From: a virus
Lineage: Duplodnaviria; Heunggongvirae; Uroviricota; Caudoviricetes
Virus record (IMG/VR): IMGVR_UViG_3300037851_000345
Coordinates: 124,067 to 188,066 of that record
Reading direction: 5' to 3' (one strand)
DNA length: 64,000 bases
In this document: positions 10,346-19,357 of the stretch, piece by piece
Layout of the letters: each line of letters opens with the position of its first letter
Numbering within the stretch: the first letter of the stretch is position 1
Notes under the pieces: generated by a model
Seen by the model: only the letters and a program-made list of their open reading frames with translations
Told to the model about the DNA's origin: nothing
The model's database searches: none
Made by a program: the position numbers and the translations under genes

Positions 10346-10717
10346 ATGAAAACGCCGAAATTTGATATTGGTGATAGGTTTTTTGTGTCGTATACTTTAC
10401 TCAACGCCGAAGTAGTATTCGACAACACCGAACGTGATACTGTAGGAACCTTCACTCATATTCCCACCGTAGCCGTAATTACCAAAATCTCAATTGATAG
10501 AAAGCAAATCGTTTACACCACGATGGAATATTCCAAAGGGGATAATAAAATCATCAAGCGGTCAATTGATAGAACTGAAAAAGAATTACAAACGCTTCAT
10601 CATTCCCTGACCAAACTTTTGAAAAGTTTGCTATTCTTGTATACGGACTCTTTCCAAAAGGTTGTGAAAGAAGTCAACAAGGAAAAATTGTCCGATGTTC
10701 TGAATGGAGGAAAATAA
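10346..10717 (+). CDS. small protein, tandem paralog C
   Basis: Starts MKTPKFDIGDRFFV and ends ...EVNKEKLSDVLNGGK. Confidence 0.5.
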   Translation: MKTPKFDIGDRFFVSYTLLNAEVVFDNTERDTVGTFTHIPTVAVITKISIDRKQIVYTTMEYSKGDNKIIKRSIDRTEKELQTLHHSLTKLLKSLLFLYTDSFQKVVKEVNKEKLSDVLNGGK

Positions 10718-11418
10718 TGAAAACTGTTGTAATTAAAAAGTTGTCGATTCCCGCCGTAGTCTGTCCCGTCTGCAATAAGAAGTTTATCAAAACTTCCTCA
10801 GTCATGGTAATCAAAAAGGACATCATCATTCACTCCGACTATCATTGTTGGACTAAGTATTATCAGGATATGCAGAATGGCCTTCCTGAAGAACAGCGAG
10901 AGCGCTTCTGGATACTCGATTTCGATTTTCGTTTCACCTCTGAGTACGAAAAGTCGGATAAAGCTGGCATCACCGAAGGACAGTTCAACGAGTACAAGAA
11001 GATGTTCAAACAAGTCTTTCTTCCTAGCGACCCGATGACGGTCAAGATAGCCATCCGCGATCGGATTTGGCTAGCCGTGGGTCGCAAGTACGCACAACAG
11101 TTGCAGATGATTCACGCCCTGAGCAGGGTTTACGACAAGAAGAAGGACACGTGGCGTTCCAATTTCAAAAAGACCTTTATCCCATCCGTCCTGAATCAGT
11201 TCCGTTCGAAGGGATACCTGAGCAAGAAACAATGGGACTTGGTAGACAGCCTTCTTCATCAGGAAGTTGAAGGAGAGGATAAAGCGTATTTCTATCAGGC
11301 AAAGACCAACGCTTGTGAAATTGAGAACCTTACTCTTCCTGACCGCCTTCGCCATATGCAGAGGAAAAAGAGTTTCATCAAGTGGTACAATAAAAAGAAC
11401 GGCATCGTAGAAGAGTAA
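10717..11418 (+). CDS. hypothetical protein with N-terminal zinc-ribbon (CPVCNKKF)
   Basis: 233 aa ORF overlapping its neighbours. Confidence 0.45.
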   Translation: MKTVVIKKLSIPAVVCPVCNKKFIKTSSVMVIKKDIIIHSDYHCWTKYYQDMQNGLPEEQRERFWILDFDFRFTSEYEKSDKAGITEGQFNEYKKMFKQVFLPSDPMTVKIAIRDRIWLAVGRKYAQQLQMIHALSRVYDKKKDTWRSNFKKTFIPSVLNQFRSKGYLSKKQWDLVDSLLHQEVEGEDKAYFYQAKTNACEIENLTLPDRLRHMQRKKSFIKWYNKKNGIVEE

Positions 11419-11684
11419 TGGATTTAACCGTTGAAGAAAAAAGAAGGCTCTGGAACAAGATACGATTTTTTCGTGTCATGCACCACAAAGCCGTACCACC
11501 TAGTTGTATCTCCTGCCCACACCAGGGTGATGCGGCGTGGGGGGCTTGTTACGGACGAAAGAAATTAACCTACTACGAAATAAAAAACTCTCAACTAGGA
11601 TGGATAGTACTGAAGAAACCTCGACATTGGGGAATAGAAAGAACCTACACAGTTTGCGAAACATTTTTCAAAAGCACTAAATAA
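11418..11684 (+). CDS. hypothetical protein
   Basis: 88 aa ORF. Confidence 0.35.
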   Translation: MDLTVEEKRRLWNKIRFFRVMHHKAVPPSCISCPHQGDAAWGACYGRKKLTYYEIKNSQLGWIVLKKPRHWGIERTYTVCETFFKSTK

Positions 11685-11691
11685 AAGTAGA

Positions 11692-12909
11692 ATGAAACTT
11701 ACAATTATTGAGAAACTTAAAAGACCCCTAACCAGGGAAACATCTTTATTTTCCTACATTGAGGAAAAACCCTTCGAACAAATTAAATCAGAATTGGGAG
11801 CGGAACCCCTGAACATCAAAGTCAACGACAAGGGAAATCTTTACATTTGTAAATACAGCCAAATCGACAGCGATTTCTCGTACAAAATCGTGCGTCAATG
11901 TAGAGGTATTATCCTTGAAAAAGGAACGAACAAAATCATGGCTTACCCTTTCGACAAGTTCTTCAACATTCAGGAAGGCCACGCGGATAAGGTAGATTTT
12001 GGAACGGCATCAATTCAGGAAAAGGTCGATGGTAGTATTATCAAGGTATACTATTATGACAACAAATGGAATGTCGCTACCAACGGGACAATAGATGCAA
12101 AAGATGCGGAGACTGCCGATTCCTTGACAGGAAAGAAGGCAAACTTTTACGACCTTTTCTTAGACGGCATCGAAGAGCAGGGAGTAACCTTTCCTGAACT
12201 AACTGCAAATCTGACTGCGGGACTGACCTACATCTTTGAACTCGTTCATCCCATTACCCGTATTGTTGTCAAATACGAAAAACCTGGCGTGTATTTAATT
12301 GGCATTCGTTGTAACAACACAGGAACAGAAATCGATATTTTTGACGAAAGCAACAAAGAGGTTAAAAAAATCACTTCGCTAGGAATCAAGAGACCCAAAA
12401 CCTTTCAGTTCGCTTCGACAGAGGAAATGATTGCCGCCGCAGAACAGTTGACGAAGGATGAAGAGGGTTATGTCGTTAGGGACAGCGAATTCCGCAGAGT
12501 AAAGGTCAAGTCACCGTTGTACTTGAAACTCCATTATCTCAAGTCCAACAACGAACTGACCCCGAAACATTTCATAGAACTCATTCAGAAAAATGAAACG
12601 GACGAATTCCTAGGAGCCTTCCCCGAATACAAGCCGAAGATTGACGAGATTCGGGAAAAGTTGAAAAAGTATATTTCCGAAGTTCAGAAAGATTGGAAAT
12701 TTTTGGAGAATGCTTTTCTGCTTCAACGCAAGTTTGATTCCAAAGACAGGAAAGAATTTGCCGAAGTTGCAAAGGAGACAATCAACTCAGGGGCCATGTT
12801 CAAGACTTTGGATATGTATTTGCGTGGAGAGAATAATCTACCGAAGTTTATCACTAAATATATTATGGAAATGCAATCGGATAAGTTGCTGATTGCGATA
12901 GGAGTGTAG
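11692..12909 (+). CDS. rnlA: RNA ligase, T4 Rnl1-like (tRNA repair ligase)
   Basis: The KVDGS motif I matches the Rnl1 KEDGSL adenylation lysine. N-terminal CRGIIL..FDKFFN is Rnl1-like. Starts with MKLTIIE, a variant of the MKF motif. Confidence 0.7.
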   Translation: MKLTIIEKLKRPLTRETSLFSYIEEKPFEQIKSELGAEPLNIKVNDKGNLYICKYSQIDSDFSYKIVRQCRGIILEKGTNKIMAYPFDKFFNIQEGHADKVDFGTASIQEKVDGSIIKVYYYDNKWNVATNGTIDAKDAETADSLTGKKANFYDLFLDGIEEQGVTFPELTANLTAGLTYIFELVHPITRIVVKYEKPGVYLIGIRCNNTGTEIDIFDESNKEVKKITSLGIKRPKTFQFASTEEMIAAAEQLTKDEEGYVVRDSEFRRVKVKSPLYLKLHYLKSNNELTPKHFIELIQKNETDEFLGAFPEYKPKIDEIREKLKKYISEVQKDWKFLENAFLLQRKFDSKDRKEFAEVAKETINSGAMFKTLDMYLRGENNLPKFITKYIMEMQSDKLLIAIGV

Positions 12910-12927
12910 AAATATGGAGGATGGTAG

Positions 12928-13191
12928 GTGGTCTGGACCCCCGACAAACAGAAGCGGTTACAAGCACTTGGATTTTCTTACAATGAAGATAATGACAAAT
13001 GGACTAAGGTTGAAAAAGACCACGATGAATTTGTTTGGTCTACTGCAAGTTTTTTGTATTGGTTTAGTGCCGAAACAACGAATGGTGGTAAAATCAGGGG
13101 AAGTAATAAATTCCCAATTATGGACTTCGATGCCCTCATCATTTTTCTCAGGGCAATTCAGGCGATGGAGAGGTTAGAAAATGAAATTTGA
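12928..13191 (+). CDS. hypothetical protein
   Basis: 87 aa ORF; the overlapping 12914 ORF is less plausible. Confidence 0.3.
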   Translation: MVWTPDKQKRLQALGFSYNEDNDKWTKVEKDHDEFVWSTASFLYWFSAETTNGGKIRGSNKFPIMDFDALIIFLRAIQAMERLENEI

Positions 13192-13531
13192 AGTAGTAGG
13201 ACAAACACCAGAAAGGTCAACCAAGGAAGAGTTACACAAACTCCACGACAACCTTGTACATTTGATAATCAAATACGGTAAGCGATTTGACAAAAAACAC
13301 GGCAACTGGATAAAGTTGGAATTGGAAGGAAAGAAATTTTTACAGTTGGACACTTGGAATAGCAATCCTCAACTTAAAATGGGTAGTGGAGAATACGAGT
13401 ATTGGACAGGGTTTGAGCCGAGAAAGGCCTTGATTAATTTCGGAATTGACTTCGGCGGGTCTCAAACTTATGCCTCCGAAAACCAATACATAGAAACCAT
13501 CAAGGATATTGAATCGTTATACGGAAAATGA
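13181..13531 (+). CDS. hypothetical protein, MKF family (MKFEVVG)
   Basis: The ATGA start-stop overlap chain with its neighbours suggests translational coupling. Confidence 0.45.
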   Translation: MKFEVVGQTPERSTKEELHKLHDNLVHLIIKYGKRFDKKHGNWIKLELEGKKFLQLDTWNSNPQLKMGSGEYEYWTGFEPRKALINFGIDFGGSQTYASENQYIETIKDIESLYGK

Positions 13532-13977
13532 AATTCCAAATTGTAGAAACCATTTTAAAACAAGGGGTAGAAAAACCCACCTTTAAAATAGTTCACAAAC
13601 AGGAACGTCCAATTTCAGGAACTGATAGTGATTATGATGTTATTAGTTATAAAATGGAAATGTATATATCGGGGCAAAAAATTGGACAGGTAATATCGGG
13701 ATATAATGAAGAAGAAGAGCAACCAGAATCAGACGTAGATATTATCGAAAGCCAAAGAAACAAAGGATACGGTAAAATATTACTGTTAAAAAAAATACAA
13801 ATGGATTATGAATTATTGGGTAGACATTCCATGGATGCTAGAGGATTAACCGAAGACATGGGTAGAGTATACAACTCATTAGAAAGAGACGGATATATAC
13901 AGTCAAAATTTTTCGGTATTTATGAATTGACTCCAAAAGGTCAAAAGTATTTAGATAGGGAATATCCAGAAATATGA
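13528..13977 (+). CDS. hypothetical protein, MKF family (MKFQIVE)
   Basis: NKGYGKILL resembles an acyl-CoA-binding GNAT motif, but weakly. Confidence 0.45.
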   Translation: MKFQIVETILKQGVEKPTFKIVHKQERPISGTDSDYDVISYKMEMYISGQKIGQVISGYNEEEEQPESDVDIIESQRNKGYGKILLLKKIQMDYELLGRHSMDARGLTEDMGRVYNSLERDGYIQSKFFGIYELTPKGQKYLDREYPEI

Positions 13978-14462
13978 AATTTAAAATAGCAGAAAAAGTT
14001 TTGACGACATATACAGGTTGCGCGGGATATTCAACGACAAATGAAACTTATATAATTTATAAAAATCCATCTGTAAGTGATTTACAAGCCAAGGACGAAA
14101 CAAAAGATAATCGAGGAATTATTGATAGTAAGGGAAATCTTTTTGTAGAGGCCATGTGGATAAAAGAAGGTGGCAATCCCGAAACGGATTTCTCTAATAT
14201 GTTACACGGAAGTTTGTTACGAGTTCTACATAAAAATGGGGAATGTTTAGATTTGATAGACGGCGACCTAAGAGGGATTCATAATTCTTCTGGATTAAAA
14301 AACGGATTATTTGTTATAAAAAACTTTGGAAATTCCAAGAAATTTTACATTGCTGAATATGATGAAGATGTTCTTAATAACCCTAAAAGTAAAAAATTAA
14401 TCAGAAAACATTTCGATAAGTGTAAAAAGAAAAACCCCCACTTTGTTTTTTTAGTAACATGA
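13974..14462 (+). CDS. hypothetical protein, MKF family (MKFKIAE); paralog of minus-strand 39306..39791
   Basis: Shares YIIYKNPS, NRGIIDSKGNLFVEAMWI and KKKNP blocks with the 39306 ORF. Confidence 0.5.
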   Translation: MKFKIAEKVLTTYTGCAGYSTTNETYIIYKNPSVSDLQAKDETKDNRGIIDSKGNLFVEAMWIKEGGNPETDFSNMLHGSLLRVLHKNGECLDLIDGDLRGIHNSSGLKNGLFVIKNFGNSKKFYIAEYDEDVLNNPKSKKLIRKHFDKCKKKNPHFVFLVT

Positions 14463-14620
14463 AATCTAAAACCCTAACCGATTACAAAATCCTGTACTAT
14501 TCATTAGTGGAACGATACGGCAAAAAAATTGCGGACGAAAAAATAAAAAAATTGATAAAAACGAACAAACAGAAAAATAACGAAAATCATAAATAGAAAC
14601 ACAGGAGAAAAATAAATTAA

Positions 14621-15724
14621 ATGTTCAGAACAGAAATTTCTACACCACAAACGAAGGAGGAGTCGCCTGATGGCGAGCCGCCGCTTGTTAAAGATTGGAA
14701 CGATTGGACTTGGCAAATTAAGAACTCTATAACTTCATTAGAAGAATTATCCAAATACATTACCCTGACGGACGAAGAAAGGCAGTCAGGTAATCTTCCA
14801 CTCCGAATCACGCCTTACTACGCACGACTGCTTTCAAATCCCGCAATCCGAAAGTGCATCGTGCCGACTGCAAGGGAATTGGAAATTTCCCTTTGCGAAC
14901 AAGAGGATTCCTTGGCTGAAGAAAGGGACAGAAAAACTGAACACATCATCCACCGCTACCTCGACAGGGTTCTCTTTCTCACTACCAACATCTGCGCTAG
15001 CAACTGCCGCTACTGCACCCGCAGTCGGCTTGTCGAGAACAGCGACCACTCCATCAGCCACTCTTGGGGCGAAAGTTTGGAGTACATCAAGAACCACTCC
15101 GAAATCAGGGACGTTCTGCTTTCAGGCGGCGACCCCTTGCTCTTGAACGATTCGCAACTCACTTACCTTTTGGAAAAACTCTACGAAATCAAGCACGTAG
15201 AAATGGTCAGGATTGGGACAAAGGTTCCTGTCGTGCTTCCGCAAAGAATCACGAAACGTCTTGCTGATATCCTGTCTAGGTACAGCCCCCTTTACATCAG
15301 CATCCACTTTACACACCCTGCCGAACTGACCGTGGAGACGAGACAGGCCTGTAGGATGCTCACGCACGAAGGCCACGCTTTCCTAGGGAGTCAGACGGTT
15401 TGTTTAAACGGCGTAAATGACAACCCCGAAGTGCTGGGGATGTTGTTCAAGCAACTTTTAACTGTGGGGGTTAAACCCTACTACTGCTACGCTTGTGACT
15501 TGGTTCCAGGCTCTAGCCACTTTCGTGTGCCGATGGGAAGGATGTTAGGAATCATCGACAATTTAAGAGGTTGGATTTCAGGCTACGCCATCCCGCACTT
15601 TGTAATTGACGGCCCAGACGGTAGGGGAAAGACCCCGATTTTACCTGATTACTTTATCGGGCAGACAGCCGAAAATTACCTTTTCAGAAACTACAAAGGC
15701 GAAAAGTTCACCTACCCCGCATAA
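14621..15724 (+). CDS. KamA-family radical SAM aminomutase (lysine 2,3-aminomutase-like)
   Basis: CASNCRYCTRS is the CxxxCxxC cluster in KamA context. LSGGDPLL and the PLP/Zn-binding region layout are KamA-like. Confidence 0.7.
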   Translation: MFRTEISTPQTKEESPDGEPPLVKDWNDWTWQIKNSITSLEELSKYITLTDEERQSGNLPLRITPYYARLLSNPAIRKCIVPTARELEISLCEQEDSLAEERDRKTEHIIHRYLDRVLFLTTNICASNCRYCTRSRLVENSDHSISHSWGESLEYIKNHSEIRDVLLSGGDPLLLNDSQLTYLLEKLYEIKHVEMVRIGTKVPVVLPQRITKRLADILSRYSPLYISIHFTHPAELTVETRQACRMLTHEGHAFLGSQTVCLNGVNDNPEVLGMLFKQLLTVGVKPYYCYACDLVPGSSHFRVPMGRMLGIIDNLRGWISGYAIPHFVIDGPDGRGKTPILPDYFIGQTAENYLFRNYKGEKFTYPA

Positions 15725-16207
15725 TCACCACGGATTGACTACTAGAAGGTGGTTTTTTGGTGGGTTTCAGGCCCGTGGTGGCGTTTTTATCCCTGCCCCC
15801 ACTATTTTTTATTATCAGTTCTGTAACAAGTCGTGTTATATAATTTATTTAAAGGAGAAATAAATGGAAAAGAAGAATTTATGTTTCACAAGGGTTGCCC
15901 CCTTTCCAACAAGCACAAACTGTACCTTGTCTTACACGCCGAAATGTGCAGTCAAGTTGAAGATAATCTCTTCACTAGAGATGCCAAGCTAAATTCAGCC
16001 AAAATGAAAGAAGATTGGATTTCTTTAAACTCTACAAATCCGTACAAATTTCCCGATTGCGCAAATTGTACCTTGAATGTGATATGAGGATATTCGGGTT
16101 GGTCAGGATATTCATGCCGTACAGCGGAAGCCTATCGCAAGCCCAATGTTCTTGATAAATTCAAGAATTGGGTGCGATATATGCGCCATGTATTTTAAAA
16201 CAAACGC

Positions 16208-16220
16208 TGTATGGTATAAT
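16208..16220 (+). promoter_or_regulatory. extended -10 promoter element TGTATGGTATAAT
   Basis: Upstream of the 16261 gene. Confidence 0.4.
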
Positions 16221-16260
16221 ATTAGTGTAAGTAAATTTTATCTTGGAGGATAAAAGAAAA

Positions 16261-16506
16261 ATGACAAAAACGATTACGAGCAAGGTGATTGAGGCCATCA
16301 TCAGCGCACCAAAGGCAAAGGTCAATCGCAGAACGATGCACGTTCTCGACCATGCTGAGATTCTGGGTCTTTCGAAATCCGAAGATTCGGCTACCCGCAG
16401 ACTTCGTGAGAAGGCAAACCAGTTTGGTGGCTACGCCTACGAACTGAAGGACAACAGGTATCTGATTGACCCGCAGTTCGTGAAGTGGCTGAAGAAGAAT
16501 CAGTAA
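16261..16506 (+). CDS. hypothetical small protein
   Basis: Start moved to the Met after SD ggaggataaaag. Preceded by an extended -10 element and followed by a strong terminator. Confidence 0.45.
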   Translation: MTKTITSKVIEAIISAPKAKVNRRTMHVLDHAEILGLSKSEDSATRRLREKANQFGGYAYELKDNRYLIDPQFVKWLKKNQ

Positions 16507-16530
16507 TTCTTTTTCAGTTAAATTGGGTCA

Positions 16531-16561
16531 GGGGCGGTCATCATGACCGCCCCTTTTTTTA
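16531..16561 (+). terminator. rho-independent terminator
   Basis: GGGGCGGTCA-tca-TGACCGCCCC stem followed by TTTTTTT. Confidence 0.65.
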
Positions 16562-16574
16562 AGGATAAAGTCAG

Positions 16575-16841
16575 ATGACAGATGAAAAATTGCTGAAGAA
16601 ATTAAAACTATACAGCATTTTACACGGAAACAAAACTATAACAGATTGTCAAAAAACCTCTTGTCGTCATTTTCAATTTGGTCGATGCTTTTTTAAAGGA
16701 TACCGAAGATATTTTTATTATCAATCTCACGATGGTGGTAAAACAATAGGAACAATCGATGGGGTATACGATGAAACCCACAAACCTAAATTTATATACT
16801 TTGGAAGTTGTATTGAATTTTTAAATAAGGATAATAAATAG
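16575..16841 (+). CDS. hypothetical Cys-rich small protein
   Basis: 88 aa ORF. Confidence 0.35.
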   Translation: MTDEKLLKKLKLYSILHGNKTITDCQKTSCRHFQFGRCFFKGYRRYFYYQSHDGGKTIGTIDGVYDETHKPKFIYFGSCIEFLNKDNK

Positions 16842-16848
16842 AGGTAGA

Positions 16849-17268
16849 ATGAAATTTAGAATCGTGGAATCTTTGGAACAGGAAGCCTTGCAATTTGATA
16901 TGCCTGAAGACTTCGTAAAAAGTTTTCCGAAAGTCTATCACGGCACAAATACCGAATTTCGAAAGTTCAACCCGAAGAAGGGTGCGCAGGGAACCATTTG
17001 GTTCACGAATGATAAGGACACAATCATCAGAGGGGAGTCGGGTGCGCAAGGGACGAAGTACGTAATGGAGAGGTATCTCACAGGGAAAAATTGGGCAGGA
17101 TGGAATGAGTACGACAAATACATGATAGTCCAATTAATACAAATGGGATACGATGGGGTCAAACTTCCCGCAGGGGAACACAACGACTATATGCTTTTTG
17201 ATAACAAAAATATTTACACGGAAAAAGAATTGATTAATCTTTGGAAGAAGGTACGAAATGGAATTTAA
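16849..17268 (+). CDS. hypothetical protein, MKF family (MKFRIVE)
   Basis: 139 aa ORF. Confidence 0.45.
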   Translation: MKFRIVESLEQEALQFDMPEDFVKSFPKVYHGTNTEFRKFNPKKGAQGTIWFTNDKDTIIRGESGAQGTKYVMERYLTGKNWAGWNEYDKYMIVQLIQMGYDGVKLPAGEHNDYMLFDNKNIYTEKELINLWKKVRNGI

Positions 17269-18646
17269 AAACTTTGGAGACATCCCGCCGCAAGCCCTTG
17301 AAATTGCGCAACTTTTTAATGACGCAGGACACGAAGCCTACCTTGTAGGCGGCTGTGTCAGAGACATCATGCTGGGCAGACAGCCGAAGGATTGGGATTT
17401 TACAACCGATGCTCTTCCTAGAGAGACGGAAAAAATCCTGACCGATGCGGGAATCAAGAATTACCCCAAAGGCGAAGATTATGGCACGTGGGCGGCAATC
17501 ATGGACAAAGAAGAGTTTGAAATCACCACCTACAGGCTTGAAGCAGACTACTCCGATGCCCGTAGGCCGAAAGCCGTATCGTTCTCCAAAGACCTGAAAG
17601 AAGATTTGGCTCGTAGGGACTTGACAATCAATGCAATGGCGTTCGATCCGTTGACAGGTGAACTTGTTGACCCCTTTGGCGGTCAGGAAGATTTGGAAAG
17701 CGGCACGTTGAAAGCAGTAGGCCGTCCTGAAGAACGCTTCCACGAGGACGCACTCAGGCTGATGCGGATAATCCGCTTCGCAAGCCGCTACGGGTTTAAA
17801 CTAGACCCAGACACGGAAAAGGCAATCAAACGCAACGCCGAAAGATTACGCTACGTTTCGTCTGAAAGAATCAAGGACGAACTTGACGGAATCCTGTTGA
17901 CCCCGAAGCCGTCTGTAGGAATCCAAATGCTTCACGACCTTGGACTGCTAAAAATAATTCTACCTGAAGTAGACGTTCTTGACAGCGTTCCACAACAAAG
18001 TCCGTGGCATCACAAGAACGTTTTCGGACACACGATGGACGTGGTTGACGGCACACCCGCACGTCTAGATGTTCGTTGGGCAACCTTGCTCCACGACATC
18101 GGCAAGGAGAAGGCAAGGGTCAGGGACGTGACGGGACGAGACCGCTTCATCGGACACGACAAAATCTCCGCAGAGTTGACAGAACCTATTCTACGCCGCC
18201 TGAAATTCAAAAATGAAGCAATCAAGAAAATCGTCAGGATGATTCTGTTGCATCAAGCCGAACCTGAGAAGCGCAACAAAATCAAGCACTTCATCAGGCA
18301 CTTGGGCGTGGACTACTTGGAAGATTGGAAGGCGATGCGCCTGGCGGATATCGGTGCGCACAAGCCTGAGAAAATTGCGGCGGGGATGGAGAAGTACGAG
18401 TCTAGAGCCGCACAGATTGACGATATCCTAGCCAAGAAAGAGCCGTACATGATTTCCCAACTCGACATCAGCGGTGATGATTTACAAGAGGTCGGAGTCC
18501 CGAAAGGCGTAATCATCGGCAAAGTGCTGAGAGGCTTACTCGACCTAGTGATAATGAACCCTGAAAAGAACAAGAAGGAGTTCTTGAAGCGTTGGGCGCA
18601 AAACAACTGGAAGCGGATTGAAAAAGAAATAAATAACAGTAGATGA
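17258..18646 (+). CDS. cca: CCA-adding tRNA nucleotidyltransferase with C-terminal HD phosphohydrolase domain
   Basis: GGCVRD..DWDF and RRDLTINAMA are class II nucleotidyltransferase motifs. HD..HDIGK is an HD domain. Confidence 0.85.
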   Translation: MEFKNFGDIPPQALEIAQLFNDAGHEAYLVGGCVRDIMLGRQPKDWDFTTDALPRETEKILTDAGIKNYPKGEDYGTWAAIMDKEEFEITTYRLEADYSDARRPKAVSFSKDLKEDLARRDLTINAMAFDPLTGELVDPFGGQEDLESGTLKAVGRPEERFHEDALRLMRIIRFASRYGFKLDPDTEKAIKRNAERLRYVSSERIKDELDGILLTPKPSVGIQMLHDLGLLKIILPEVDVLDSVPQQSPWHHKNVFGHTMDVVDGTPARLDVRWATLLHDIGKEKARVRDVTGRDRFIGHDKISAELTEPILRRLKFKNEAIKKIVRMILLHQAEPEKRNKIKHFIRHLGVDYLEDWKAMRLADIGAHKPEKIAAGMEKYESRAAQIDDILAKKEPYMISQLDISGDDLQEVGVPKGVIIGKVLRGLLDLVIMNPEKNKKEFLKRWAQNNWKRIEKEINNSR

Positions 18647-19143
18647 AATTTAAATTGATGCATCCTACATTCTATATGGCAGTTGGAATCAGCGGCTCAG
18701 GTAAAAGTACAATTCTCGACAAAGTGTTTGAACGAGAAGTAATCGTTGAACCCGATGCAATCCGCAAAGAACTTACAGGTTCGGTCAGCGATCAAAGCAA
18801 AGACTTTGTGGTGTGGAAAATAACAGCAGACAGAATAAAGAAAAATCTCGAAACAATGGGTCTTGCGGTTCTAGATGCCACCAACACCAAGTCTTTCCTG
18901 CGCAATCAATTCCTGAAGAACATTCCCGCAGGAGTCCACAAGGTAGCCATCATCTTTCAGCCGCAAGGTACGGACGAGGAAATCGTGGACAAACTCTACG
19001 GAAGAGTGCAGGGTGATTTAACAAGTGGCAAAGACAGAAGCGCAGTACCGAAAGAAGTAATTGCACGACAACTAACTCAGTTTAAGAACGGTTTACAAAA
19101 TATTGAATCCCAGTTCGATGAGGTACAAACAATTCCTTCGTGA
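18643..19143 (+). CDS. P-loop kinase, polynucleotide 5'-kinase-like
   Basis: AVGISGSGKST is a Walker A motif at the N-terminus. Its size and tRNA-repair context fit a T4 Pnk kinase domain. Starts MKFKLM. Confidence 0.5.
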   Translation: MKFKLMHPTFYMAVGISGSGKSTILDKVFEREVIVEPDAIRKELTGSVSDQSKDFVVWKITADRIKKNLETMGLAVLDATNTKSFLRNQFLKNIPAGVHKVAIIFQPQGTDEEIVDKLYGRVQGDLTSGKDRSAVPKEVIARQLTQFKNGLQNIESQFDEVQTIPS

Positions 19144-19144
19144 T

Positions 19145-19155
19145 GTGGTATAATA
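19145..19155 (+). promoter_or_regulatory. extended -10 promoter element TGTGGTATAAT
   Basis: Upstream of the 19172 ORF. Confidence 0.4.
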
Positions 19156-19171
19156 AGGGTAGGAGTAAAGA

Positions 19172-19357
19172 ATGAAAGTTGAAATAAGATATGAGATGAT
19201 TGGTGACGCCCTGAAAAATTCGTTTGTAAAACCCTTTGCCCCTTTAAAAAGGAAAAAGACATATGTAGCCTCTGCGTATTGTGTAAAGGATTGTAAAAAA
19301 TTTCATAGTATAGATGAAAAGAGTAAAATTTTATATTGCAACGGGGGTAAAGAATGA
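19172..19357 (+). CDS. hypothetical small protein
   Basis: 61 aa ORF downstream of a tgtggtataat promoter. Confidence 0.3.
   Translation: MKVEIRYEMIGDALKNSFVKPFAPLKRKKTYVASAYCVKDCKKFHSIDEKSKILYCNGGKE

Noticed and set aside
12914-13177. 87-aa ORF in an alternative frame to 12928..13191
   Set aside because: The two frames overlap almost completely and only one can be real. Neither has strong support, and one was kept at low confidence.
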